Below are positions 49,329 to 62,000 of a DNA stretch of 64,000 nt, piece by piece; positions within the stretch are counted from its first letter, which is position 1, and the number at the start of each line of letters is the position of its first letter. The DNA is from Utricularia gibba (lineage: Eukaryota; Plantae; Magnoliophyta). The position numbers and the translations under genes are program-made. Location of the stretch: assembly GCA_002189035.1 (NCBI GenBank), contig NEEC01000010.1, forward strand, positions 186,001 to 250,000, read 5' to 3'. Under the pieces are notes generated by a model that did no database searches, was not told the origin of the DNA, and worked only from the letters and a program-made list of their open reading frames with translations.

Positions 49329-50649
49329 TGTTATACCCGTAATTTTGGACACAATCTATTAAGTATCATTTTCTCATTATCTTTTAGGTTATTTTTATGT
49401 CGAAATGTGATTAAAATTGTATAGTTAGAAATTTATAATATAAGATTTAAGTTTTCATCTAGTTGAGAATAATTTTCCTAAATTTTGTATTTTATCTAAT
49501 GTTTTATGTAGTTTTTTTCAAGTTTTTTTAGAGGTGAACACATGGAAGGAAGTGAGAGAAAGAATGCATCTTTCTTAACTTACATCTCCTTGATTTTATC
49601 CATGATTGCAGACGAATCATGAGACTTGACATGCAGTAAACTGAGTATTTGACAGATGAAATCATTAGTGTACCACTCCAATTCACAGCAGAACGAAGAT
49701 GACACGAAAACTCAGACTTTCATTAGAGCTTAGTTCAGTCCTGACATTAAGCATTCACTTTCTTAGTTTTAATTTAGACTTGATTTATCTCCTTAGAGGA
49801 TTTTTTCTCTAGCTTCTCTCTAGAATCTGCTTTTGTTTTTGCTTTGTATGGCCATTTACGACTAGAAACTTTCATTTTTAGGTTGGGATACTCGCAGATC
49901 TATGTTTTGTTAGTTTATTTTCATTTCTTCTTTGAATTCGAACGGGTTCCGTATATCTTCATGCGACTATTTTACAGTTTTTCTATAATAGTACCCTTAT
50001 TCAAGATTTATGGTTAACTAATCACTATTTATGAGTTTTGAAGAGGAGTAAGGTGGTGAGCACCAACTCATGCCCTTTTAGTAGGAGGGAGACAACGTTT
50101 TGTCTGTGGTCGTATCTCAGGATCAATGGACAGATAGTTACCGCATATTTAGACTCATTGGGTCATTGACAACACTCGGGCACATGCACACAATTCGACC
50201 GTGAGGGTACGTTGGCAGGACCCCTTATCATCACTTTCGTCCAAGGAGGAGCAACACCGGACGATTCCCATGCCTTCTTGCAACAGAGTGTAAGGGAAGG
50301 TAGACAATTATTTACTCTTATAACCAAGTACTCAAGAAGATCATAAAAGAGTAGAGACATGACGAATGTAGCTGGACAAGATTCCAAATCTAGAAACATT
50401 CAATTTATTTAAGGTTTATTACTTTCATTTATTTCTGATGTCTGTTGACAACTCTCTTACTTCCTAACTCAAGATTCATCACTTATGTTTCTCACACCTT
50501 TTAATGACAAAGCCGTTTATAAATCATGACTTTTGCATTCGGTGTAACTTTACCTTCCACTAAAAAACAACTCCCTATATTGACACCCATACTACACATT
50601 TATGTTTTACGAGTTTTAAAAATCTTTAAAATTTGTTGTGAAAACGACA
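49329..50649 (+). mobile_element. Probable Tat/Ogre-type LTR (solo-like)
   Basis: TGTTATACCC...GAAAACGACA termini typical of Tat/Ogre LTRs by recall. Flanks TTCAT/CGCAT match only 3 of 5. Single copy. Confidence 0.45.
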
Positions 50650-51226
50650 CGCATCACATGCATTTAAATAAATTACTGTGGTAAAGCCCCCAAAAAATGG
50701 GTCCATTTGAGAAATATCCATCTATCTCCAATCTAATTTGAAAAATACTCATACTCCTAAAACCTTTTGCAAAATACTCATCCTTAATATTGCTTTTATA
50801 AATAAATGCCAAAAAAACAAAATACATTAACTTGTTAATGCATTTCTTGGCTTTGCTTTTTAATGTCTAAAATGATTAATTTCCTTGGACTTTTGAAGCA
50901 TCAACTTATTGAAGAGTGAACATTGGATATCTTGTTTCATATTGGTAGATTGTTTTCCTCAATTAATCTACTTCCTTCCTAGCCTTCGCAAGCTCAGAAC
51001 GCAATTGCACAACATCATGATCCTTGACTTGTTGTGGAGCAAATGAACCGACAGTCTCCTCCTCATAAACATCATGATGTAATGTATGTTGTCATGTCTT
51101 TTGGTATTAGCAATACCCCAAGACATTCTTTGTTGTCTATATCTAACAATTGGATACCTTAGAATATAAAAAACTATTAGTTGAAAACATAACAAATTTT
51201 AAGAAAATCAAAAGAATCTTACAAGC

Positions 51227-52615
51227 TGATAAACGGAAATTTTAGCAATGTCGTTGCAATAAAAGCAAATTTCCTAATCTACACAAAATACAAATTTAGA
51301 AAACTTGTATAGTGGATTTCAGGGTCGATCACAAGGAGCTTGTACTTGTTAAGTGTCTCAACAGATGCATAATTTGGAATAACAGTAGCTCTTAGTCTAG
51401 GCTCAAACTAACAGTAATACGCAAGTTCAATGAACAAGTTCAAGTTTCAATGCGGAAAGTAACAAATACTGGTTATAACTGAGAGTAATACTAAGATGCT
51501 TTAAGAGTGTGCGGGTGATGTGATGCTAAGATATCTAACTTAATCTATCATGTTCCTATGCTTACAACTTCAAATAACCTAAGTTTACCCACGTCATTCA
51601 TCACATTTTCCGCTAAGCTAGTCCCCAATATCATCACCAACATTGCAATTAGGTCTACTCGCATGCAAAACATATAGAACTAGGTCTACTCGGTTCTACT
51701 GGTTCTACCCCATACTAATACCTACTGCTCTCATCTTAATTTGTTGGTCTATTTTTAAATCAAGCATTTTAGTTGTGAAGCTACTTGTTCCCCTTCTTAG
51801 GTTTACCCATGGAATGATAGAAACAAGAGCTAAGAAACAATGATGAATTTTATTATGAATCCTATACCTACACCACCATGCTTCATCTTAAGTCATTCCT
51901 AAGGTTCTAGCTACTCATACTTGGTAGGTAAAATATGATAACATTAGCATTAAGCAGCGAAAATATCAAGAATATTGTGAAAGAGTTGGTTGTAGAAACT
52001 AAAAACATCAACAAACGAAAGTAAAGCAGTAGAGTTTTGGTTTCCGTCTGCTACTGTTCACAGGCAGGAACAATAGCGCTAGACTGGGTTTTGATCTTCC
52101 TCCTTCACGTTAGAGACTCTTCTCCAGAAAATTGCCCTTCTTTTTCCTTCTCCTCCTTCTGGTTGAGTATTCGTTGTGTTCAAGTTGAGGGAGAAACCCC
52201 CTCGTGTGTGTCTTGAGAACTGCTCCTCGCTCCCTTGCGATTCTCTCTCCTCCTCATCTTTCTCTCGCCTCTCACTTCCCAAAGCAAGTACAATCTCTGA
52301 CAACTCTGCTTCTCTTGCCCTTCACTTACAGACTGCCATCGTGATAGTGTACTCATTGCTCCCTGCTCCTGCTGCTGCATGGTGACTTACATGAAATCCA
52401 TGCTGACTCCTCTAAATATTTGGAATCGTTGCTAGACTCACAATTGGGTTAGAATATGATGTGGGCTAAATCAAAGGATTTAGCCCACTAATACACTAGA
52501 AATCACCTTTTCCCAAATCATATAAAAATACTTAAAACTATAAAATTAACAACTAAACATAGTTAAAAATTTATGATTTTCATATAATATAAATAGGAAA
52601 ATTTGTGTGCTATCA
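51227..52615 (-). mobile_element. Solo LTR, Athila-type family A
   Basis: TGATAAACGG...GCTATCA termini and near-TSD CAAGC/CAAAC (one mismatch). Collinear with 18570-19971. Confidence 0.88.
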
Positions 52616-52699
52616 CAAACGAAGCATTTTATACCTATTGGTTTTCCAAAAATGGACGAGGTCGAAAGATGTCTAGGTATTCATCCTCACACATCTTCT

Positions 52700-53050
52700 G
52701 GTAGAGTATCCCATACGAAACTAGTCCATCAATCTCCATAGGCATCTCATAAACTTGTGACTATTTTAATTCCCATCTTTAATGATATTGTGAAGTGATT
52801 TGTGTGAGCAACCCTAGAACACTTTGCAATGCTAAACAATGCATCAATACTAAGCGGATATCCATCATCTTCACATAACCTCATAAATGTAACAATATTT
52901 CCAATAGAAGTTGGTGTTAATTGAGATAATGGAAGATGCACCAAACGAAGCACGTACTCCACAAAGTGTTGGATAGGTAACCTTAACCCACATCTAAAAT
53001 GTTCGGTGCTAACTGCAAAAGCACGAGTGCCAACTGATGTGGTGATTGAT
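52700..53050 (-). pseudogene. Gypsy accessory ORF remnant (putative gypsy-type transposase-like, PF04195-like)
   Basis: EHFRCGLRLPIQHFVEYVLRLVHLPLSQLTPTSIGNIVTFMRLC matches the GLRxPxHxF..vl....sQLTPNs pattern as recalled. Confidence 0.65.
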
Positions 53051-53183
53051 CTGAAATTTTTTCATCTTCTTCTTCTTTAATATAACGAAATTTTTAGGAA
53101 TTAAGTATCTTTGTCTGATCTTGTCTCCAAAAGTCATCCATCATTGTGACTAAACAATGCCCATAGCATCCTTGGAATACGAT

Positions 53184-53201
53184 TCCCTAACAACGGTGCC
53201 A
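53184..53201 (-). promoter_or_regulatory. Primer-binding site (tRNA-Asp type) of the family B element
   Basis: The - strand reads LTR end ...ACTATCA-agtttt-TGGCACCGTTGTTAGGGA, compared with the Athila PBS TGGCGCCGTTGCCGGGGA. Confidence 0.8.
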
Positions 53202-53207
53202 AAAACT

Positions 53208-54325
53208 TGATAGTAATTCTGCAAGTGCACACAAACCGTCGAAGTAATAAAATAAGATTATATACACAGGGAATTGTTATTGAAATTTTCTTTAAAAAAA
53301 ACTCAAAAAGACTGAAAACCAAACAAAGATTTGGTTTTAAAATAATAAAGAAAAGAAACTTTGGATCTATGATCCACCTTGATCGAAACTCGCCCATATC
53401 TATATGTGTAAACCCTCAGAACTGACTTGCTTACGCAAGTTTTGGGGGTGTTATTTTAAAATAATGTTACTCGATAACTGTTATAGCACTATCTCTTATT
53501 TAGTGGGACTATAAAATTAACCACAACATCAAAACCATTTCACTTTCTTGTGATAACTCATGTTTTTCCCACATCCAAATCTAATCCCTACACTTTACAC
53601 CTCGCAAAGAGATTGCATTGAATGTGTCTTACCAATGATATCCGATTGAGTTCTTCTCCTTAGGTGTTTGAGGCTAATCCGAGATTCTCCCACACTCCTT
53701 TGGAGCAACGTAGTACTAAAGAGCACGTTGGTAAAGAAAACGTTGCGAAAAACAGAATCAAACCACAAATTAAATATCGAAAAACATGATAAATTAGGCA
53801 TGCGCGCAAGACTTATGTAACCAAGGCTTCACGGCACCTATATGCACAAACTCGACTCTAACATGAAAATAAACATGAAAATAAGCAAAAATACTAGGGA
53901 AAAGTGGTTAAAGACGTCTTTAATGATTGAGAGAGTAGAGTATTTATTGGAGATTAGATACAAGTCTTTGTATTGGGCTTGTTTGATGGGATTGGATAAG
54001 ATTTTCTATCCAAATCTTCCAAGATCATTTTCAGATTTTTATCTTATTTATGAATTTTAGACCAAATCTTCATACTTGATCGAGTCTTAGGCTGAGATTC
54101 GTGACCCATCAAATCCATAATTTGGTGTGTTTTGATTTCTTCTTAAATTAATCCAAAGGTGTCGTAAAAATTCATAAAATATACTTTTTTTCCAAAAAGA
54201 TCAAAGTATTATTAAATATGCAAAATCAATTGAAAATAATGAGAAAGGAGAGTCTAACGTAAGTAAAAACAACCCTCAATAATAACATAAAAACATGTTT
54301 TAGAACGATACAAAATCATTTATTA
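53208..54325 (-). mobile_element. 5' LTR, gypsy family B
   Basis: Full-length homolog of 3877-5035, followed by a PBS. This fixes the orientation of family B. Confidence 0.9.
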
Positions 54326-55285
54326 TTAGTTCTTGTGACTACATTGATTCCAAAGAATTGTTGTAAATCATTTTATCTAGTTGAAATATGTCTAGTAGTA
54401 CATAAATATTATTTAGAAGATTTTACTAGTTAAGAGATTTTTCAATTGGAAGCTCAATTAAGAGATTTTGTTGTACACATTCCTCTTGATCAGATACATA
54501 CATTAATTGAATTATGTCAGTGCATAATATAAAGATTGCTAGAAATATGACTTATTATTTGATTGTTAAGACTTATATGCTTGTTTATCATCTTTCTAAT
54601 TTTTATAGCTAGTGCTGAATATTCATTTTAAGCTTTAAAGATAATTAATATAAAATTATATCATAAAATAGAAAATATTTTTTCAACATATAGTTTATTG
54701 ATTTATATTGAAAATAAAATTGCATCAAAATACAGTTATGATAATATTATTGAAAAATTTGAAAATTTGAAAAAATCTAGAATGAATTTATAAAATATAA
54801 ATATTATAAACATATATATATATTGTATTATATATAATTTTAATTTTATCTCCTAATTTGAAGTGCAAGATCCGCCCTCCATGGAGCCTTGCCCTATATT
54901 CTCAATCCTGCTTTATTGTTCAAAATCTATTCAAGTTATATTAATGCTGCTTTTGTAGTATAGTGGGATGGTGCATTGGGAGTTGGGCGGAATTATTAGT
55001 TGTTTTTTTTTTTTTTGGTTGGTTATTTTCACCTGAAAAAGGTTATGATGGAATTGCAATTGGGGGCCAAATAATAAATGAATGTGTTGTGTTGCATTGA
55101 GATGGGATGGGGATTAAATTCCTTGCGGCTGCTCGTGCTCTCATGATGACCAAATTATATGCCAAACAAACCTCGGAAGGCAAAGCAGTAATCTGTAATC
55201 ATGAACAAACAGCGAAGAGAGTGCTGAAAACCAAAACAACTCGGGGAAGGTTGGGTTGGTGGTAGGCGGAGTGAGTCCCTTCTTT

Positions 55286-56269
55286 CTACTGATGAAGGGG
55301 AAGGGCCCATAGCTGGGCCTTCTTCACCTTGGAAATCCTGGACACCAGCTCCGCTACCGTCATGTCTCCGGTCACCCTCACCGTCACCTTCTTCTCCGCA
55401 AAATCGATGCTGAATGATGTCACCCCTGCCGAGTTGTTAGTGGGCAGAAATAAACAATTAGAATTATAAGAATAACAAGCTCCATTCATGGGGCGACTGT
55501 GGAAAACTGGGATGGTCCCTGGTAGCCAGGCAGGCACCCCCAGCTCAAGAAAGGTTCAGTTCAGTTGGAGACGGAACCCCCAGAGGTAGAAAAGGAGATA
55601 TCAAATGTAGACGAGGACGGGGAAATTTAATGCTGCCCTGCTCAATTTTTACCTTCCATTTTCGAGATGTGCTTTCGCATTTGCTTCTCACATCCTTTGC
55701 AGTGCAACGAGACCCGAAGAACCACCTCCTATTCAATTGCAATGGCAGTCGCAGGCAACGCAACAACACATTCTTAGATTACAAAAACCAGAGTGGAGTG
55801 GAGTTGAGTGGACTGGTAAACACGACCTTATCTGGAGAATCAGAGGAGGAGGAGGAGGACCAACTTCGTGGCTTTTCGCTGCATGATGATGATGATGCGC
55901 GAGTGGCTTCCTCGGGGCTGCTGCTTTGTTCAGAGAAGAACATTTTTGGGGCCAGTGTTGAAACCAGCGGGGGCTGATGAAATCGCCTGGTTTCCTGCAG
56001 CTCCAGCTTCTCCTCCAAGATATCCTTTCTCCCTTGGGCATCATGTCCACAATTTTCATTTTGGTGTCACCAGGAAGCTGCTCCAGAGCCGGGCAATCAG
56101 TCTTCTTTTTGACTTCATCAGCATCATCCTTGTTCCTCTTGGGCTCTCGGATGGTGGGGCTGCAGCTGAGAAGGGGCGAGGACCCAGACTGTTCCATGGC
56201 CAAGAGCACAGATGTTGAAGCTTGTGATCTGCAGGAAATGTGGAGGATACCCTTCTTCATATTCTTCAT
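55286..56269 (-). CDS. NAKR: HMA-domain protein of the SODIUM POTASSIUM ROOT DEFECTIVE (NaKR) type; one frameshift in exon 1 as assembled; paralog unresolved
   Basis: Exon 1 56269-55827 (MKNMKKGILHISCRSQASTS...SWSCRKPGDFISP / ...SSSSSSDSPDK); exon 2 55728-55653 (EVVLRVSLHCKGCEKQMRKHISKME); exon 3 55425-55286 (GVTSFSIDFAEKKVTV...ISKVKKAQLW). GT-AG introns. Exon 1 is 443 nt and needs 444 for a phase-0 join, so the frame shifts near 55965-55973. Confidence 0.88.
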
Positions 56270-57299
56270 CTTCACAACAAGAAAATGAGACGGGAGGAGA
56301 GAATTTGAAGTAGTCAGAACTGGTTGTCCCTCCTCGTCTCGCACATTAAAAGTTGAAGACTCCTGTTATCCTTACTCTTCCTTTTTGCTCGCAGATACCC
56401 GCACCCCATTCAATAATCGAAATCAGTATAAGCCAACGGATTTCCTGACACGTACTCCTCCTGTCTCCCCTGTAGGCTGTGGCATAATTTTGAATGCCAC
56501 TCCCCTCCACCCCACTCCAATTAAAAAACAAACAACTCTTTGGTTTTGAGGAGGAGGTGGTAACTGTTAGATAACAGCAATGAATTTGTTACTGTGGTGG
56601 GTAAAAAGCTCCTCAGGACAGAAAGCAGATGCTTTTTGGATCGTGGACTTGGAAGGGTAAATGTCGAGACCAACGAGACATCCATCTTCTTTTTAACTGG
56701 GCGGGGACCAAATATATGAATGCCTCCCCTCTACATTACATTACGCTTTTTTTTTTCTTTTCTTTTCTTTTGCTGCATTTATGAGAAAAGAGAATCAGAT
56801 CAGATGCTTTTGTTAACATACGATATGTCTCTGAATCTTCCTGCTTCTCATCCCCCCTTTTTCTCTCTAGATAACAAGTATGAACCCACCAGTCTTATTC
56901 TTGGATTCATTTACTCAACAAAAGGAGAATGTAACTCCAGCTCTTTGCTTTTGTGTAGCGAACAAGGAAAGATGGAAAGCTTGCTGTTCTTATTGATGAG
57001 GAAAGAAAAATGGCATTTATATTCTTTTCTCATACTCCTTCATCCTTCACTTGATGGGCTAAGCTTCACCTAATGAAGGCTGCAGATGTATGTCGGCAAG
57101 ACCTTTTCAACAATGGATATTCAATGTGCCCTGAAATATGATAACCCGGCTCCCTCGACCTCATATGATCAGGTTTTACTAACATTTATAAAATAACTTA
57201 TACTAAGATTTGATTTATAAAATTAAACATAAAAAATATAGAAATACATAAACTGAATCTCTAAATTTCCAATCATAATACTACCTTCATTTAAAAATT

Positions 57300-57560
57300 C
57301 TATAATTTAAACCCTAAAATCTAAAACTTAAATCTGAAAAATTAGACCATTAAATATTAAATCCCAAAATTAAAATCAGAAATCCAAAAAGCTCAATCCT
57401 AGTCATGAAATCCTAAATCCTAAATAACTAAATAAGTAATCATAAAAAATTGTGATATCCTAAAACCTAAATCAATAATCGTAAAAGCTAATCATAAATT
57501 ACGCAAATTTAATATATAATATTTCTAAATTAGCCCTAGATTCTAAATCCAAAAATATTA
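57300..57560 (+). repeat. Degenerate telomere-like (CCCTAAA-related) low-complexity tract
   Basis: aaaccctaaaatctaaaacttaaa...tcctaaatcctaaa...tcctaaaacctaaa...ccctagattctaaatcc. Confidence 0.45.
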
Positions 57561-58481
57561 TTAATAACACACAAAAATGAAAAAATCATAAAAGTAAGAT
57601 AAAACGCAAAGAATAAATTTTTTTTTTTGGCAATTTACAAATCTTTGCTACTAAGTTAAGTGCCAAATCAAATAAAAAAGTTCAGGTATTTATCTCATTT
57701 GCCCATGATAGGCCATACTAGTACCCGGTGATCACCCCTCGTGCTGCTCGATAAGCTTCTATAGCCTATCATTGACACGGGGCGTATGTAGATTTTGATA
57801 GAAGATAATGTTACAAGATAGAAATCAAAAAAGGAAATTTTTGTCTTGGCGATATCCCTTTTGGCTGATATATAATGAAGGGGAAAAAAAGCAAAAATAA
57901 CTTTGGTCATTTGGGCAAATAAGGTTATGGAGAAGAGAGGCAAAAAAAAAAAAAAATGATATGGTAAAATTTTTGAAAATCTAAATCATCTTTACATCTA
58001 GATAATTGATTTTCCAATCGGTTATATAAACCTTTTCCTGTTTGATTTATCCAAGTCAATTGAGTAGAAATAATATCAAATGTAGCATACTTATCAAGTA
58101 AGGATTAATGTACAAACTTAATTAAACTCACATAACTATTTAACAAAAAAACAAATGCATCGAAAAACCTCGTGAGGTAAAAACTAAATTATTTTTTTAA
58201 AAAAATATTTGTAAAAAATATATAAAATATATTTGTATGCATAGATATAATTGTATGTAAAGTTTATGATTTTTGTTTACATTATGTATATTTGAAGTAA
58301 ATTTTAAATTTTTATGTATATTTGATGTTCATATAAAATTTTATAATTAACAATTATCTAATAATTTATTTCACGTGCACGCGTATAACACACACTTGAA
58401 GAAAACCATTACAATCATATTGGTGAAAGGAAAATAAATGTTTAAATAAATTTATACTAAATATGAAAATTTGGATATATT

Positions 58482-59652
58482 TGATAAGTAATTTTATGTT
58501 ACTTATATTTATGTTTTTTAAGATTCAGTTAGATGAAGTTTTCATCATTTTTGTCTCACTTTTTCTATGTTTTTAGAAAAATTTTATATTTTCATGCCAT
58601 TGTGATCTTTTTGGAAGGAAAGTGTGTTTTGTGATTTTTCAGAATAATTTTAACATAATTTGGATGATTTTCCAACTGACTTTGATAGAGACAAATATTT
58701 GGTCTATCCGGATGAAGACTCGGTCAAAGATTCTCGGATAACATAAAATTCACATCTTATTTTGAAAAATTTAGTCTTATCCTAGAAGATCTGTATCAAA
58801 TATTAGAAGATCTGGATGAAAGATTTGATATGAGTCCATCAAGAAAACTCAACAAATTATCACCATTATATAAAGACCAGAGTCCGAAGATCGAAGGAGT
58901 TAGTCATTGAGAGTCATTTAGAGTCAATTTTAGGGTTTAGGGTCGAGTCTAGCATGTTTTGGATTCATTTTCTTTCGTTTTTCATCAACTTTTGTTTTTA
59001 GAGTCGAGCATGCGTGTGTGAGCGCTTGCGACTAAGGATCTACTGTGAAGCCTTACTTGCACAAGTCATGCGCGTGTGATTGTCTTACTATATTTTTTAA
59101 CATTTAATTTGAGGTTTGATTATGTTTTTCGCAACGTTTTCTTTACCAACATGATCTTTATTACCATGTAACCATAAAGGAGTGTAGAAGAATTAAAGGT
59201 TAGCCTCAAACACCTAAGGAGAAGGGCTCAATCGAACATCGTTGGTAAGACACATTTTGTTTAATCTGTCTGAAAGGTGAGAGGTGTAGGGGTTAGATTT
59301 GAGTGTGGGGAAAACATGGGTTATCACAAGAGATGAAATGGCTCTGGTGGCGTTGTTGATTCCATAATCCCACAAAATAAGGGACGGTGCTATAACGGTC
59401 ACCGAGTAGCACTATTTTAGAATAACACCAACAAAACTTGCGCAAGCAAGTCAGTTCTCAAGATTTGCATACACACAAGGACGAGCTTTAAGCAAGGTGA
59501 ATCTATGATCTAAGGTCAATTTTCTTGTTATTTTTAAAACCAAATTTTTTTTATGTTTTCAGTTTTTTTCAGTCTTTGTTTGAATCAATAACAATTATAC
59601 GATCTTATTTTATTATTTTGAAGATTTATGTACACTTGTAAAATTATCATCA
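58482..59652 (+). mobile_element. Solo LTR, gypsy family B
   Basis: TGATAAG...ATCATCA termini and perfect TSD ATATT (58477-58481, 59653-59657). Reverse complement of the 3877-5035 type. Confidence 0.92.
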
Positions 59653-59989
59653 ATATTTAGTGCAAATTAAAATACCTTATATTATATGTATTAAAATAAG
59701 TTAAATCATTATTTATTTTTAAAAATATTATATTTATCATATTAAGAAATACATAACTAATTAATTGCATTAAACGTATGAAATTTTAATATTTTTATTA
59801 ACTACAAAATTATATTTAAAAAAATATTTTTATTAAATATAAAAATATGTTTCTGACATAATCTTATTATATATAAAACAATATATATATATATATATAA
59901 TAAAAGAAATATTTTTAATAAATGAGGGTTATTTTGCAAACTTTGCAGCATCAGATTTATTCACCTATATACCAATGTACCATCTACGT

Positions 59990-61020
59990 CCCCAACACAA
60001 CCTTACATATGTATCATCAATTGTAGCCACATTCTAAAAAACATATGTAAAAGATGTGTCTACTTGGAACTATTTGAACTTTCCTTCGCATATACATTCT
60101 CCATCAACTATTGGGGTCTCTAGGAGTACCTCATAATGGCAAAGGATCATATGCAACATCTTTTGAGAGTATCGAGACTGTCTCGGTGCTCTTCCTATAA
60201 ACATGGTTCTACATTTGCATTTTTTTATGGTGATTTAAGATTCCTAAAAACATGCAAACTATCTCCAAAACTATGACATATTTTCTAGTTTTTAAACTAG
60301 AACGATTTTGTAACAGGCTACATAAAATACTGAAAGCATCTCGGCTAATTCTCAAGTTCTCTATGGATGCAATGTTCACGTCACTCACCAACCTATTAAT
60401 ATACTCAACTTGTTTAGGAATCATTTATGTAAGGGAATACCCGCGTCTCACCCTATATCCCGTACAGTAATTTTTCCAATATAAATATATTAACACATTC
60501 ATCCCAACTAAGTATTCAATGAATACTGCCGCAGCCGACTCAAGACATGACCCTCACTGGAAAAATCCATGTCCCCTCAACGATAACAAAAATCGAGCAA
60601 AAGAAATCCACACACACAGCACCACTGATTTTGAAATTGGAAAATCAGAGAACACATCCACTATAGATGTGCTGCAGTAGACAAATTCACCAAGAACAGA
60701 AAACACACGTACTGGAAGACCCACCTATTTGCGCCCAAAGTGCACATGACGCTGCTGGCAATTCATGATACTTGCATCTGGTGTCTGTAGATCTGCGTTC
60801 AAATTTGTACGAGGTGAGTGTAAAACTGGAAGCAACACCCCTTGTTTAGTTAAACCGACCACCTCCCCTAGGTTTAGTTAAACCCAGCTTGGCGGGTTCC
60901 CATCGGGTATATAGGCAACATGCGGGTTTATTTTTACACGCTTGAAACCCATGTATTAAACGTGAGTTTATCTCTAAACCCACGCCGTAATCCAACTCAA
61001 CCACCCAACCAAACGTGGCC
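59990..61020 (-). mobile_element. PIF/Harbinger element 5' end with transposase N-terminal remnant
   Basis: Terminal GGCCACGTTTGGTT on the - strand ending at 61020 next to TTA. Peptide ASIENLRISRDAFSILCSLLQNRSSLKTRKYVIVLEIVCMFLGILNHHKK (60209-60424). Other end not found. Confidence 0.78.
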
Positions 61021-61439
61021 TTATGGAATAGAGTTATATGACTAATTAATTTTTCACAGAATGCTATATAGAAAATTGACTTATGGAACCGGAATATTAG
61101 TAAACCCTATAATAATGAGAACTCTAAGTATTTTTATGTTTTAATGAAGATGAGAGGCAAAACAAAAGAAATATTTGGTATGATGTGTCATGGAAAATGG
61201 TTTATATAATTGAGAGCTATAAAAGAAGAGATATATATTTGTTCAAATATGCATATACGAATGAAGTTGAGGACTGTTCATGAATGAAGCATAGACAGTA
61301 TCATCACTCATGAATACATTGTTAGTTTTTTAAAGGAATTTGAAGCTAGTTCCTGAAAGAAAATGGATTAAACACCTCTTTTTTCTACTTAATCCTGAAG
61401 AAACAAACTTCAATATCCATTTTAAGATTATAGGATAAT

Positions 61440-62000
61440 AATTCTAATTGAATTGTAGTACAATTGTTACAAAAAGTAATTGAAGAATATCAAACAACTT
61501 TTACCAAAGGAATACAAATACTTGATGGAGTTTTCCTCATGAATGAAATGATTAACGAAGTGAGAAGAAACAAACAACAGAGTTCATTCTGAAAATTGAT
61601 TTCAGAAGGCATATTACAACATAAATTGTAAACCCATGCTTAGAATAATGAAAGAAATGAGTTTCTCAATGAAATAAATATCATGAATTTCGTCATTATT
61701 GCATTCATCTTCATGGTTTGTATTAATGAATAGTATTTTAACAAACTTCTTTCCAATGAGTGAAGGTCAAGGATAGAGGGATCCAAGGGTTCCACTCATG
61801 TTTCCAATGTTAGCAAAAATACTCAATTATCTGATAGATAAATAAGAAGTAGATCAAAGAGGTGGAAATGATTGGAAGAGAACAATTGATGTTAACAAAT
61901 ATATAGTTCTCAACGGTATAGTAGTGTTAGAAGAGTGGTCTGAACAGGATTTGATACAAGTAAGATTTATTTTAAACAAATTCTATTATATACCAAAAAT
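61440..62000 (+). mobile_element. L1-type LINE reverse transcriptase remnant
   Basis: KGIQILDGVFLMNEMINEV...FILKIDF, plus degenerate MGFS..W and RGxRQGDP-like segments. Confidence 0.72.

Noticed and set aside
55733-56344. 203-aa ORF with a His5/Pro5 and CCCVACDCHC metal-binding-looking tail
   Set aside because: The tail is the out-of-frame reading of the Ser-rich region plus intron 1 of the NaKR gene after the frameshift. There is no evidence it is a selected domain.
57697-57920. Possible MITE bounded by ATTTGCCCA / TGGGCAAAT
   Set aside because: Inverted match is only ~9-12 bp, with no clear TSD and a single copy.
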